A stretch of DNA of 20,000 nt from Seison nebaliae (Eukaryota), in NCBI GenBank assembly GCA_023231475.1, contig JALJEE010002602.1, positions 59,175 through 79,174 of the forward strand, read 5' to 3'. This document shows, in pieces, positions 1 to 11,242 of the stretch. The translations under genes and the position numbers were made by a program. A model generated the notes under the pieces. The model made no database searches. It saw only the letters and a list, made by a program, of their open reading frames with translations, and had not been told where the DNA came from. Numbering within the stretch: the first letter of the stretch is position 1; each line of letters begins with the position of its first letter.

Positions 1-263
1 AATTCTGTCAAGACCCAAAACAGACGTTGCAATCACATCAAGATAAGTGGAACAAGTGATCGAGACTTGAACTTATTTGATTGAAGTAGAAGAACCATTG
101 AAGCGTAATAGAATCTAAATTCAAGGCTAAATTTGAAAAATAATTTCATATTTCTATTAATTTAAGAGACGACATTTGAAGAAGTGAAAAATTTGGATGA
201 GAACAGAAAGTAAAGATAAAGTTGCACTGGATTTGATGTAGAATGAAATGACAAAGGAGGAAG

Positions 264-1697
264 ATGGATACAATTTCAAAGAATAATATTGGAAGGACGA
301 AAAGATCGTCGTTAATTCCGGATGAGAAGGAATGGAATGAATTAAGTTCTTTCACTCAGAAGTCGATGTTCGTTTACGAATATTTGAATGAGATGAAAGA
401 TAGATTGAATGATTTCGATGAATTACCATTATCGGATGTTGATCATATAAAGAAATTGTTAAATGAATTTGGTGGAATGATATTTCAGAATAAAGATTTA
501 GCAGAAAAGAAGAAAATTCGAAATAGGAAAATCCGTTTTCAAGATTGTTATAGTCAAGGAAGATTGACAGCGAAATTCTTCGTACAACTTTATGTTCATT
601 TGTTGCGGAAAACGAATGAAATCAAAGAAATCTTCAACATCTCTCTCGATCATCTTCAGATGTCGCCACAACGTCGTGTGAAGATCGATTCGTTCACTTT
701 ATTTCATCGATTGATTCTTCTGTTGATGATTGAGCAGATTTTGATCGATAATTGGAAATTATTCTATGAACAATTCAATGAGATTGTGGAGAAGTTGAAG
801 AAGTTGTTAACGAATATCGACTACATTTTAAAAGGAGAAGTTTATGGAGTTATCAAGAATATTTTGAATTATTTCTATTCAATCAATCATTCACATTCCA
901 CAATTAACGAGACATTATGTAAATCATTAATTCGATCCTCCTTATCATCAGTGGTGAATGATGGAAATGAATTAGTGAAATGTTTCGCCATCGATTGTCT
1001 ATCCACTCTAATCAAATTATCTCCGAAGAAATTGATTGTGGAGAAGGAGTTCGATAATCTCTTCAATTCTCTGGTCGTCGCACTTCATTCATCGACGATT
1101 CAAATAAGATATCATCTCATTCAAACGATTAATGATCTCTTTATTCTCTCTATTCTATGTTATCATGAGAAAAGAAAGAGTGAAGGAAAGAAGAAGATGT
1201 TAACAATCGATTCGATTAATGATCATCAATTAAAATTGGGGAAATTGAGTCTTGAAGAGAAATTGAGAAGTTTCCCCTCCAAATTCATTCAACGCCGTGG
1301 AAATTCTTTAAATTCTCATCAAGCAAATTCTTCATCATCCACAACAACAATCACAACATCTGCCGATGATAGAAAGAAAGAAGAAATGGATCAACAACAA
1401 CAACAGCATCAGAAACAACAATTATCAGAAGTAGAATTGATTAATGGACGATCCGTTGCTCAACTTGTCCATTTATTTAATTCGGCATTTGTTTCCGGTT
1501 ATAAAAGATCATCAATCTTTTCAAATTTCAATGGGAAAATCGATTTCCTTCTTGATCATTTCACGAATGAATCAATAAAATCTGATGGAATTGATCGTAA
1601 CAATTCCATCGATTTAACTACAAACAATAACAGAAACAACAACAACAACATTCAAAATAATAATAATAATAATAATAATGAGAATATAAATAATTCA

Positions 1698-1730
<33 letters not shown>

Positions 1731-4700
1731 TCGACGTTGTTTAATTGGGAGAATAATGAGTCGGAACAGACGTCATCGATCGAAATTCAAATTGGAATTT
1801 GTAGATGTTATATCGAATTCGCACGACGTCTATTCCATCAGATTCCAGAAGAAGCCGATCATAATCTCATTCTTTTACTCAATTCGTTGAGTAATTTGAA
1901 CGAGAAAATTAATCAACAATCCGTCATTCAAACTATCATTCTTCGTCGTTGTATTGTATTCACGATGGAATCGATCGTCCACATCAAATGTTTCGACGAG
2001 AGATATCGTTTGTTGGTCATTAATCATCTACTTCAATTGTCGATGAGAAAGATCGATCGATTTAATGAATTAATTCTATTTCGAGAATTGAATACGGAAC
2101 AACGTCACAGTTCGAATGAACGTTCGATCGATGAACAGTCCATCATCAATTCTTTGATAATTCTCTTACAATTCCTCACTTTTCTCATTCTCTCTATGAA
2201 TACATCGACTTTCTTCTCCGTACAATGTTCTTCCATTTTCCATTCGATCGAGAACTATTCTCTACAGATGAGAAAGTGTGCATTCCAACAACCGACAGCT
2301 AATCCATTAAACTTTGTAGACGATAAAGAGAATGAGAACAAGAGTCAAAACGATTTCTTCTTCAAAGTCTCCAACAACGTTAATAACAGTCACTCTCTCG
2401 TCTTAGCGAACGAGAACGATATTGTTGATGATCTTATCAGCGATGTTCCAGATAATGATGATAATGATGATGATTTCCAACAATTGACTCTCAATATCGA
2501 TGGGAGTGGAACTGTTAAAATTGAAAAATCAACCGATAAACAATCGATATTATGCACTCTCTTCAAATCCTTCTTCCTCACCAACGACAACTCGTCTCTC
2601 ATTTGGCAATCGGGTCTTCTTCTTCGTTGTTATACTGAACGAATGCCACGAATCGCCGTCAGTTTATTAGAAACGTTTCTCTTCCGTCTAATACAATCCC
2701 AATCTCTTTCCACTCATTTGATGGACAATAAATTTATTAATAATCGATTTCTTTCGAAACGTAAATTACTCAACCAATTGACGACACATGATCCATTTCT
2801 CTGTTTCATTTACGAAGAGAAATTCCAAGACATTATCGAACGTATCGATGGATTGGTGAAGAATCGAGGGAAAAAAAATTATTTGAATATCAACAAAATT
2901 CTACCGATCAATATCGATTATTCATATTCGTATACCGTCGCCATTATCAGTCTATTGAACGGTTTAGCTACTTCGGCTGATGAATCGATTGAATTGCCAT
3001 TCCATCTCATTCAATTGACGTACCAGATTGGAGAATATATTCTTATTCTCATTCACGGAGAACGATTAGTGAATCAACTGTCGAAATTGTGTCATGAAAG
3101 AATTCGATGTTCCTGGTTATTGATATCGGCCGTCATCGTTTATTTGGGGAAGAAGGATTATAGTGACGAATGTTCCCTAATAAATTTCTTTCATCGGATT
3201 TTGTATTTGTGGAATTTACTCTTTCAAATTCAAATAAACGAGAGAAATATGTCGATGAAAGAATATTTACTCATTATCGAAAGTCGATATAATGCCATTC
3301 AATCGATCTATTTATTCTATCGATCATTCTCAGTTATGTTGAAAGATTCGGATAAATTTCAACTAATTCATGAACCGATTAATTCGGCGATTCGATTCTT
3401 CATCTCCATGAGACAAATAAATCATCGAATGTTACAGAAATCGAAAGTTCATTCGTTGCGCTCAAACGAGAGAAAGTTAGAAGTGAAAAGTGCTCAATAT
3501 CGATCACATTTATATCATTTATTACAAACTGCCACATTCTGGTTATCTAATGAGAACATAAATGAAAAGAATAATGATATAATTCAATCGATATTCTCTC
3601 AATTATTTATCGACATTTCATTCGGTTGTATCTCTAAACAATTCTCATCATCTTCAATGAAACATCGTTCAACAGCAACAACAACAACAACGACACAAAC
3701 AACAACATCGGCGAATAATAGTAATCATCCGAACAATAACAATATGAATAAGAATGTCATAATTAATATGAATGGAACTTCGATAACGTCATTTATTCGA
3801 GAAGTGATTCATCCACAAGAATTATTTCTCATTACGAACGGTAATGATTCTTCAAGAGATACGACCCCAAGAAATTCTCCAATATTCACTACAATTAAAC
3901 GAAGTATTTCAGAACAAAATCATTTCACATCAAATACAACAACTGGAACACCATGTAGTTTTGATACATCATCTTTCGATCAAACGAAACCGATGACTAA
4001 TAATCAAAAATCTCATTCGGGAATTCTTCTCGATTATGCTTCCGGATCAGCCATCGATTGTGATTCCTCTCACTTTCTTGAGAGTATCCTTCATTTTCAA
4101 CCGATTACTCTTTATGCCAATTATTTGGCGTCTGGTCCAATCGCTCAATTCGAAGCTATCGTCAACACCAACAACAATATCGGTTCGGTTTTCAAATTGG
4201 ATAAATTCTCGTTGAAGAATATGGAGAAGAATGATCAATTTAAAAATAATTATTATAAACATTTCTTTAATTCATCACACAATTCAACCATCACCACTAC
4301 CACTACTTTATCACTCATCAAACATTTACTTTATGATAATCGACGGACGTTGCCACTTGCACATTCGTTGGTGGATAATGCGGTTCTCTTATTCGGTGTC
4401 ATGTTCTCTCAATTGTCGAAGAGTAAGAGATATGTTTATCTTTCACATTTGAAGAACGAATTAGTTAATTTGACGAAGAATCTTCATCATCATTCAACCA
4501 TCGTTCAATATATTCAAATTAATTATCTTTCTACTATTCTCATATGTCTCAAATTCAATCGTATCATTCACATTAATAATCAAAAAAGAAAAAAGAAGAA
4601 TGTTCACGAAACAAACGATGGTGAAAATGAGAAATGTGTCAAATTATTATTGGACATTTCCATGTTACTCATCAGTTCCCCGAATGTCGTCATTCGTTGC

Positions 4701-7700
4701 CTATCTGCTGAGTTGATCGGTCGCACAGCACAATTGACTTCCACAAATATTCTCCGATTATTATCGGACGAATTACCGAAATATCGTAATGAATTAAATT
4801 CGAAATTGACTTTAGTTTTGGCAATCGGTCTCACTCATCGTTATGGTGGATTGATGGGTCAGAACGATTTGGATAGTAGTGCATCTTCTATTTTCTTGTT
4901 GACGCAAGACTCGTCCATTCCCATTCTTCAAGTATGGGCATTACATGCATTGACACAAATCGCTGATTCGTTAGGTCCCAATTTCCGTTCTCTCGCTCAA
5001 CCATCAATTCATTTATGTCTTCAACAATTCCTCCAACTTGGCTATTCCAATCAAATGAGTAAACTCTCTCATAAAATGAATAATCATAACGATTCGATTC
5101 ATACGAATTTACCAATCGTTGCAATTCGATTATTCATTGCCGTTCTGAACGGTTTAGGACCAGATCTCTTAACAACTACTTTCATTCGTCAATCCGCTTT
5201 CACATCCATTCGATTATTGGAGCAATCGAGTGAAATGAATAAGATTGTCTTATTCACCAATAAATCCTTTCATACTCATCGTAATCATATGAATTATATG
5301 AGGAATGATGATGAAAATGTTTCTTTACAATTGCCCATTCCTATAAACATTCTTGGTTGTCGCATTGCCACTTTTCAATTATTACAAATTCTTCATCTTT
5401 ATCTACCGAAAGATGTCGATCTTTCCTTTCTCATCGAACAATTATCATTGGTGATGATTAATTCTCTACAACGAAAGAACTCGTCTAATCGTCTCATGAT
5501 TCCATTGAGGAAGGCGGCTATCTCTTGTCTCCGTCAACTGTGTCAAAGTGAAGCGAAATTTGTCAGTTCATATACGAACAAATATTTTGAAACGAAGAAT
5601 AAAGATATTCCGAAGAACTTCGCCACTTTCCATCTGGAAGGAGTTCTCTTCATTCTCTTAGACGAATTGTTCGAAATCGACATCAATCTTTCACTTCAAA
5701 TCAAAGATATTTTGAAAGAATTGATTAATGAAACGTCGTTGAGTAATCTTCCGTTTTGGATGGAATTGTTCAATGCGATTCTGGTGAAATCAATGAGATC
5801 GACTGTCAATACAGATACGACGATACGTCGAAAAGATGATGGAGGTGAATCGGATGATATGGACGATTTGATGAATGTCGATGGAGCCACATCTTCCAAT
5901 CTCTTCACCACACATCACCAACATTCAATGGAAAATAATAATGAGAATGTGGAATTGTTTCAACGATCGCCTCAATGGAACACGAAGATTTTCGCTTTCC
6001 ACTTACTCCATTTCTTGATGTTTAAATGTCGAAATGATCCAGAAGGAAACGATGGTCATTTCCAATACGAAGAAGCATATCGATTGAAGAAACTATACAA
6101 TCTACCTTCCATTCATCAATTTCTTATTTCTCATCATTCGAAATTGATGAGAATTTCTCTCATTTCCATGCAGAGTAATTGCTCCGATGAATTGCGTCAA
6201 ACTGCCCTCTCATTATTCGACGACATCCTCTTTCTTTTCTCTTCTTCTTATTACTATGACAATGCATCACATCTCTCTATTCATTCTCATCCAAATGATA
6301 ACCATCAATTATATGACGATTTCCTCAATTACTTGATCTATTCCATTTCTCCAAAATTACATATCATTTCAAAAAAATTTCATGATAAATTGACATCACA
6401 AACATCACTGCCATCCCAAGAACAAAAAGAATTGATACTCAATCAATATTCTGCTCAATTTATCGCCATCATTCGAAGTATTCTGAATAATGAAAAGATT
6501 TCTGTTTATCTTCTCGTCAACATGTTCTCCGTCGGAACGAATTGGATTAAATTGAATTATGGATCGTTGACTAGTCGACAACAGATTCTTTCTTTACTCC
6601 TCAAACATTTCCATCACACGTATAATTCGACCATCAACCATCTGTCATCTAACTCCGAATATGACAGAATTGACTCTCTCAAATTATTTCATTTGTCTCG
6701 TCAAATTTCCGATTTATATTCCACTAAATATTCCCTTATATTAGATCGTCAATTTTCACCAATCGCCACTTCATTTACCAGTAACAATAACATCAATTTG
6801 GATTTTAATAAAGATCAAATTATCGAGACATCATTTTTCAAATATTTGAGAAATCTCATTTATTCCTATTCCATTTATACGTTACAAGTGGAAGGTGCGT
6901 CAACCACCGACACATTGGTTGACGGTTATGCGTTGGAATTATTGAGAAATGATCGTTTACAGATTTGTCGATTTATTTCTACTTTCATCTTTATTCTCCA
7001 TTCACATTCAACTCTCGATACATTGAAAGAATTCCACATTATCCTCCCAATTCTTCTTCATTCTTTCAATGATTTGAACGATTCTCCTTCTCAAACAACC
7101 AACGAATTCACTTCACTTTTCAAAAGGATGATCTATTCCTTAACAATTTGTCTGATGAAAATGAAATTATCATCTGACCATTTGGAAGTTGTGTCACATT
7201 TCTTCCACAATTCCACTAAACAATTTAAGGAATCTGATCAATTTCCTTTTTTATTATTGGCCTTAAAACAATCATCACAATTGTCAATCGATTCACTTTT
7301 CAATTTCATTCGATTCTTCTCTCATTATTTCGAAGGGAAGAATGTTCTTTCTCTCGATTTCTATCGAAAGTCATTCTTTCTATTTGGCGAAATTCAAGAC
7401 ACTAATCTCACTTCTCTCCAACAATCCAACTCAACAAGTTTCTCTTTTGTTTAATTAGAAGAAATCGAAATGTTTTTAAAGATAATTCCATTGAAAAGAT
7501 AATTGGAATAAATATCATGATTATTCGATATGCTTTACAACTATGTAACAATTATTTGAATGACACAATCGACGCATCGACTTTATCTCACACGAAATTC
7601 TATTGCGATCTTCTAAATCGAATGACGAAAGTGATTTCGTCTCATTTGCAGTTGGAGAAGAAGTGGATTGTGGAATTATTAATTTTGTTCATTCTCGAAT

Positions 7701-9037
7701 TCCTTCAAAGTTTATTTTTTATCTTAAGTATTTTTATGCGACAATATTTTCATAGATAATTCCATGAAATCTTTAATCCGTTTGAAATTGTTCCAAACTA
7801 TTCTCCTCGAAGAAATGACGGAAGGACCATCATCTCTCAACTACTTGAATGGGAAATCAGTGGAACAATTTTTCAACAATTGTTATTCCCAAATCATTTC
7901 AGTTAATTCATTTCACTTCTCATGATTCCGTTTCATTTGATGTTTTAGGAAAAAGAATGCTTCACTTTGAATCTTCTTTATTCTTCATCACTTTTCCGGA
8001 ATTATCAAACCAAAACGGAAAGTAGTCCATTGATTGAGAAGCATATTAATTCCATGACGGTTCATTCGATAATTTTCATTCGAACATTATTCGAAAGCTT
8101 CCAACAATCGATTCAACTCAATTCTATCGGAGTGACCGCCTATTTGAGAACTAATTTATTTTCGTGCACAATTGATGCAGATTTACACGAAGATTATTTT
8201 ATGGTACTATTCGAAATGATCATGCAAAATCTTCGTGTCTTTATCGAATATCACTTAAATTTCGAGAATACAAGTTTGACTCTTTTCATTATTGTATTTT
8301 AATTAGTTATGTAAATTTTAGATTTTTTGAGACTACTAGTCGAGAAGTTGATGGATTTGTTTTACCAATACGAACTGCAATTTAAAGAAAAGGATGAACA
8401 TCATTGGAATATGGTGATTGTCAATTTAATTAATGAATTTTTTCTGATTATCAAACGATTAAATGGAAAAGATAAATGTTTCATAAGAAATATTGTGAAC
8501 TCGAAAGAAATACTCGAACGAATTATGAAAAGAAGAAATGAATTAATCAATTCTTCTACTGTTAAACTTCCTACTGCCAGTAATAAAGTATTTGGAATGA
8601 CACCCTTCTCCACATCAGATCGATCGTCAGAGAAGGACCTTCAAAAAATATCAGAACAATCTATCACTTCATCAATCCAATCGACTTTAATGAATATGAA
8701 AGTGAATGTAATGAATCAAGAAGATATCGATAATCAACGTGCAAAACGAGCAGAAAGAAGACGGGAACGTCAATTGAAATTTGATGAGAATAATCAGTTT
8801 CATGGAATGGACGACGAACGTTCCATCGACAATTCAAATAATTGGACAAGTGTAGATTCTACAGTAACTAACGACGACGAAGGATGTCCTTTCCAAGAGA
8901 TATCGAATGAGGAAGAAAAGGATGAAGAGAAACCGGTAAAAAAGGAAGAAAATAATATTGAAGCAACTTCTGAAAATTTTGCTGAAGATGAAGATGGTAG
9001 TAATAATGACGTGAGCGAATGGACCGATTTCAAATGA
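264..9037 (+). CDS. HEATR5: HEAT repeat-containing protein 5 (HEATR5A/B, p200/Laa1/SWEETIE family; AP-1 clathrin adaptor accessory factor). Exons 264-7437, 7482-7709, 7756-7901, 7949-8273, 8322-9037; ~2862 aa
   Basis: Family motifs recognised in the expected order: LPLAHSLVDNAVLLFGVMF, LAIGLTHRYGG...LTQDSSIPILQVWALHALTQIADSLGP, LRKAAISCLRQLCQSEA, PQWNTKIFAF, ILNQYSAQF. Four GT-AG introns (7438-7481, 7710-7755, 7902-7948, 8274-8321; 44-48 nt) join ORFs 264, 7517, 7967 and 8327 in frame. The start codon is not verified. Confidence 0.9.
1625..1730 (+). repeat. Coding (AAC)n/(AAT)n microsatellite encoding a poly-Asn tract in HEATR5
   Basis: Runs of aac/aat triplets read directly; translates as NNNRNNNNNIQNNNNNNNNENINNSNNNNNNNNNNN. 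Confidence 0.95.
3670..3745 (+). repeat. Coding (ACA)n low-complexity tract (poly-Thr followed by Asn-rich segment)
   Basis: acagcaacaacaacaacaacgacacaaacaacaaca; translates as TATTTTTTQTTTSANNSNHPNNNN. Confidence 0.8.
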
Positions 9038-9258
9038 TCATATATTTTTCATCAAATTTTTTTGTCTCCACTTTCACATAACCTTTTCCTGTCACATAAA
9101 TTGATCCGAACGAATTCGGATAAATGTTGATAAGGAATATTTATTTATAAGTTTCACTAGAAAATTTATTTGGAAATTTCTTTCATAATTTCTGAGAGAT
9201 TATAGAAAATAAACATTTGAAAATAACTTCTTCTATGACCTTTTAACTCCAAATGGAA

Positions 9259-10632
9259 TTAGGAACATATTGTCGCCAGTAACGTCCCTTCTGTTACTTG
9301 ATCATTTTTAATTTTTCCATTCTGCCTTTCTTTTTTTTTTCCATCTCTTTCCCCATTAGCTGTGAGGATATCTCGTTTTCTTAACTTAACTACATCATTA
9401 TTACGTTTCATTAAATTGGAAAGACTTTTAGCATTTCGCATTTTTCTTGTTTTGTCTGTTAAATGATAATGGAATTTGCCTTGTTCGTTTTCTCGATAGA
9501 CAAAATGTTCATGATGATAATCCGATTCATTCATAACGCCTCTTGATACTTGACGTAAAAATCGAGAATGTTTCTCTACCACTTTCGTCCATCGATATGA
9601 ATTACAATTCTTTTCCAGATTATTCGCATTCAAATAAATTGTTACTCCATTCCAATTGATTAATGACATTTGTGACGGTTCATGTGAAATTGGATTGCCT
9701 ACTCTCAACCTTAAAACGATATGATTAACTGCATTATAAGATATGATGTAGTCCATCAATAGATCAGAGAGGGTCTCGAAATCACATGGTTTCGTCGCTA
9801 AACTTGAACGACGACTTAAGCCGAAAGCACCGAATTTTTTGATCGATGATGAATAATAACCAAGAACGACATGTCGGAATGTTTGATGGAACATTTTCGT
9901 TTTAAATCCAATACTAAATCGAATGATGGTTTGATCGGTTTGTGTTAGAAATAAGGCGACAAATGTCCCTTCCAAACATTTTATTGGGAGAGTCGATTGA
10001 ATCATTTTGTGACCAATATCTAACAGATGATGAATAGTTCGTTTTTTGGGTATATGAAAATTCTGATATCCAGTATGATTGTATTGGAGGAAAGAGATGA
10101 AATATTCGTTCAAAGTCTTCAATAAAGTTTCGTGATCTTGCATTGTTCTGACTGTCTCTAACAAACTTTCAACATATCTCTTCTTCTCCCGTTGTCTATT
10201 TAAACATTCGTTTATATTAACATCTTCATAAAACAGTCTTCTTATATCTCTCGCCACTAAACAACATATAAGAGAAGTGAAATGTTAGACAAATAAAATT
10301 CTTATCTAACGAACTGGATAAACTCGAGAAGCAGTATTAAAGATATGTTCATATTCGTGCAGACAGAATGGCAGCTTCTCTACTGCTCTACTCTGGATTG
10401 GGATGGTAGTAGTGATTCTTTGTCGTTTCTTTAAACTGATGAGTTCTATAAAATCTTGGTTATTCTTCTGACCATAAGCTGAAAGAATCAGTTCTGTGTT
10501 ATCTTTTTTTCTACCGACACTTCGCGTTCTATTGACGGTAGTTTGGTTCGAGCAAGATTTGGAGATTCTTTTCCGATCTTGCAATTTTTTGTTGCAGCGC
10601 AATGATCGCTCGACTGTGATTGAAGGCAACAT
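9259..10632 (-). CDS. VASH: Vasohibin (tubulinyl-Tyr carboxypeptidase, transglutaminase-like Cys protease). Exons 10632-10311 and 10256-9259; ~439 aa
   Basis: LQYNHTG, LPIKCLE (catalytic Cys), FKT...FRHVVLG (catalytic His), FGAFGLSRR (Ser) and TLSDLLMDY match vasohibin motifs. A 54-nt GTTAGA...TAG intron (10257-10310) joins the two ORFs in frame, giving LPFCLHEYEHIFNTASRVYPVLARDIRR, which resembles the VASH N-terminal helices. Confidence 0.95.
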
Positions 10633-11242
10633 ATAAAATCGATTAAAGGAAATTTCAAAATGGAAATTTTGATTTGAAACAGTTGATTAATGGAGTTTTC
10701 ATTTGAGTTGTGGATTAGTTCAATATTTTACGTCTAACTCTCTCACAGTCAATGAAAGAGATATTATATTGTAATTCGTTCAGTCCAAAATTTGTTCCGT
10801 CAAAAATTATTCGTCGATTTCTCCCACAAATAAAATGTATTTCCTTGAATCGTAACACTTCATCATAAGTGAAAGGAAGACTATATTGCGATAATTTGTT
10901 TCCTTTCACGATTCCATGGCAACATTCGATTTCAATGAATATCAACTTATTTCCTTTATTATTCCTCTATATACTTCTCATATGATTAATGTTTGTTAAT
11001 AATCTCTTCCTCGCTTCAATAAATATCTGGAGCATATTCATTGCCAAATTTCAATTGAGAAGTTCATTATTGCAATGTTGGAAGTTATTAACGAATAGAA
11101 AATGAATTTTTATAAAAAAAAAGATAATGGATAATATATTTATCTTTATATGTATTTGGTATGAACGAAATTAAAGATCAATAATGTTGAATTACACTTA
11201 TTGAAAGTTCTTATTTGTCCAACAAATTAAACCACCATTCTT

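Noticed and set aside
1..263. Possible 5' end of a divergent minus-strand gene (GT...AG-like segment at 5-72)
   Set aside because: Could not build a convincing start and exon chain; truncated by the window edge.
146..9033. Short ORFs overlapping HEATR5 (146-355, 2390-2602, 4047-4262, 4231-4452, 4604-4834, 4888-5124, 5696-5911, 8401-8613, 8664-8849, 8800-9033)
   Set aside because: Antisense or off-frame shadows of a real coding region, with no recognisable motifs.
10715..10945. 76-aa minus-strand ORF upstream of VASH, considered as SVBP or an extra VASH exon
   Set aside because: Non-ATG start, no SVBP motif and no in-frame splice to VASH identified. More likely UTR or intergenic.
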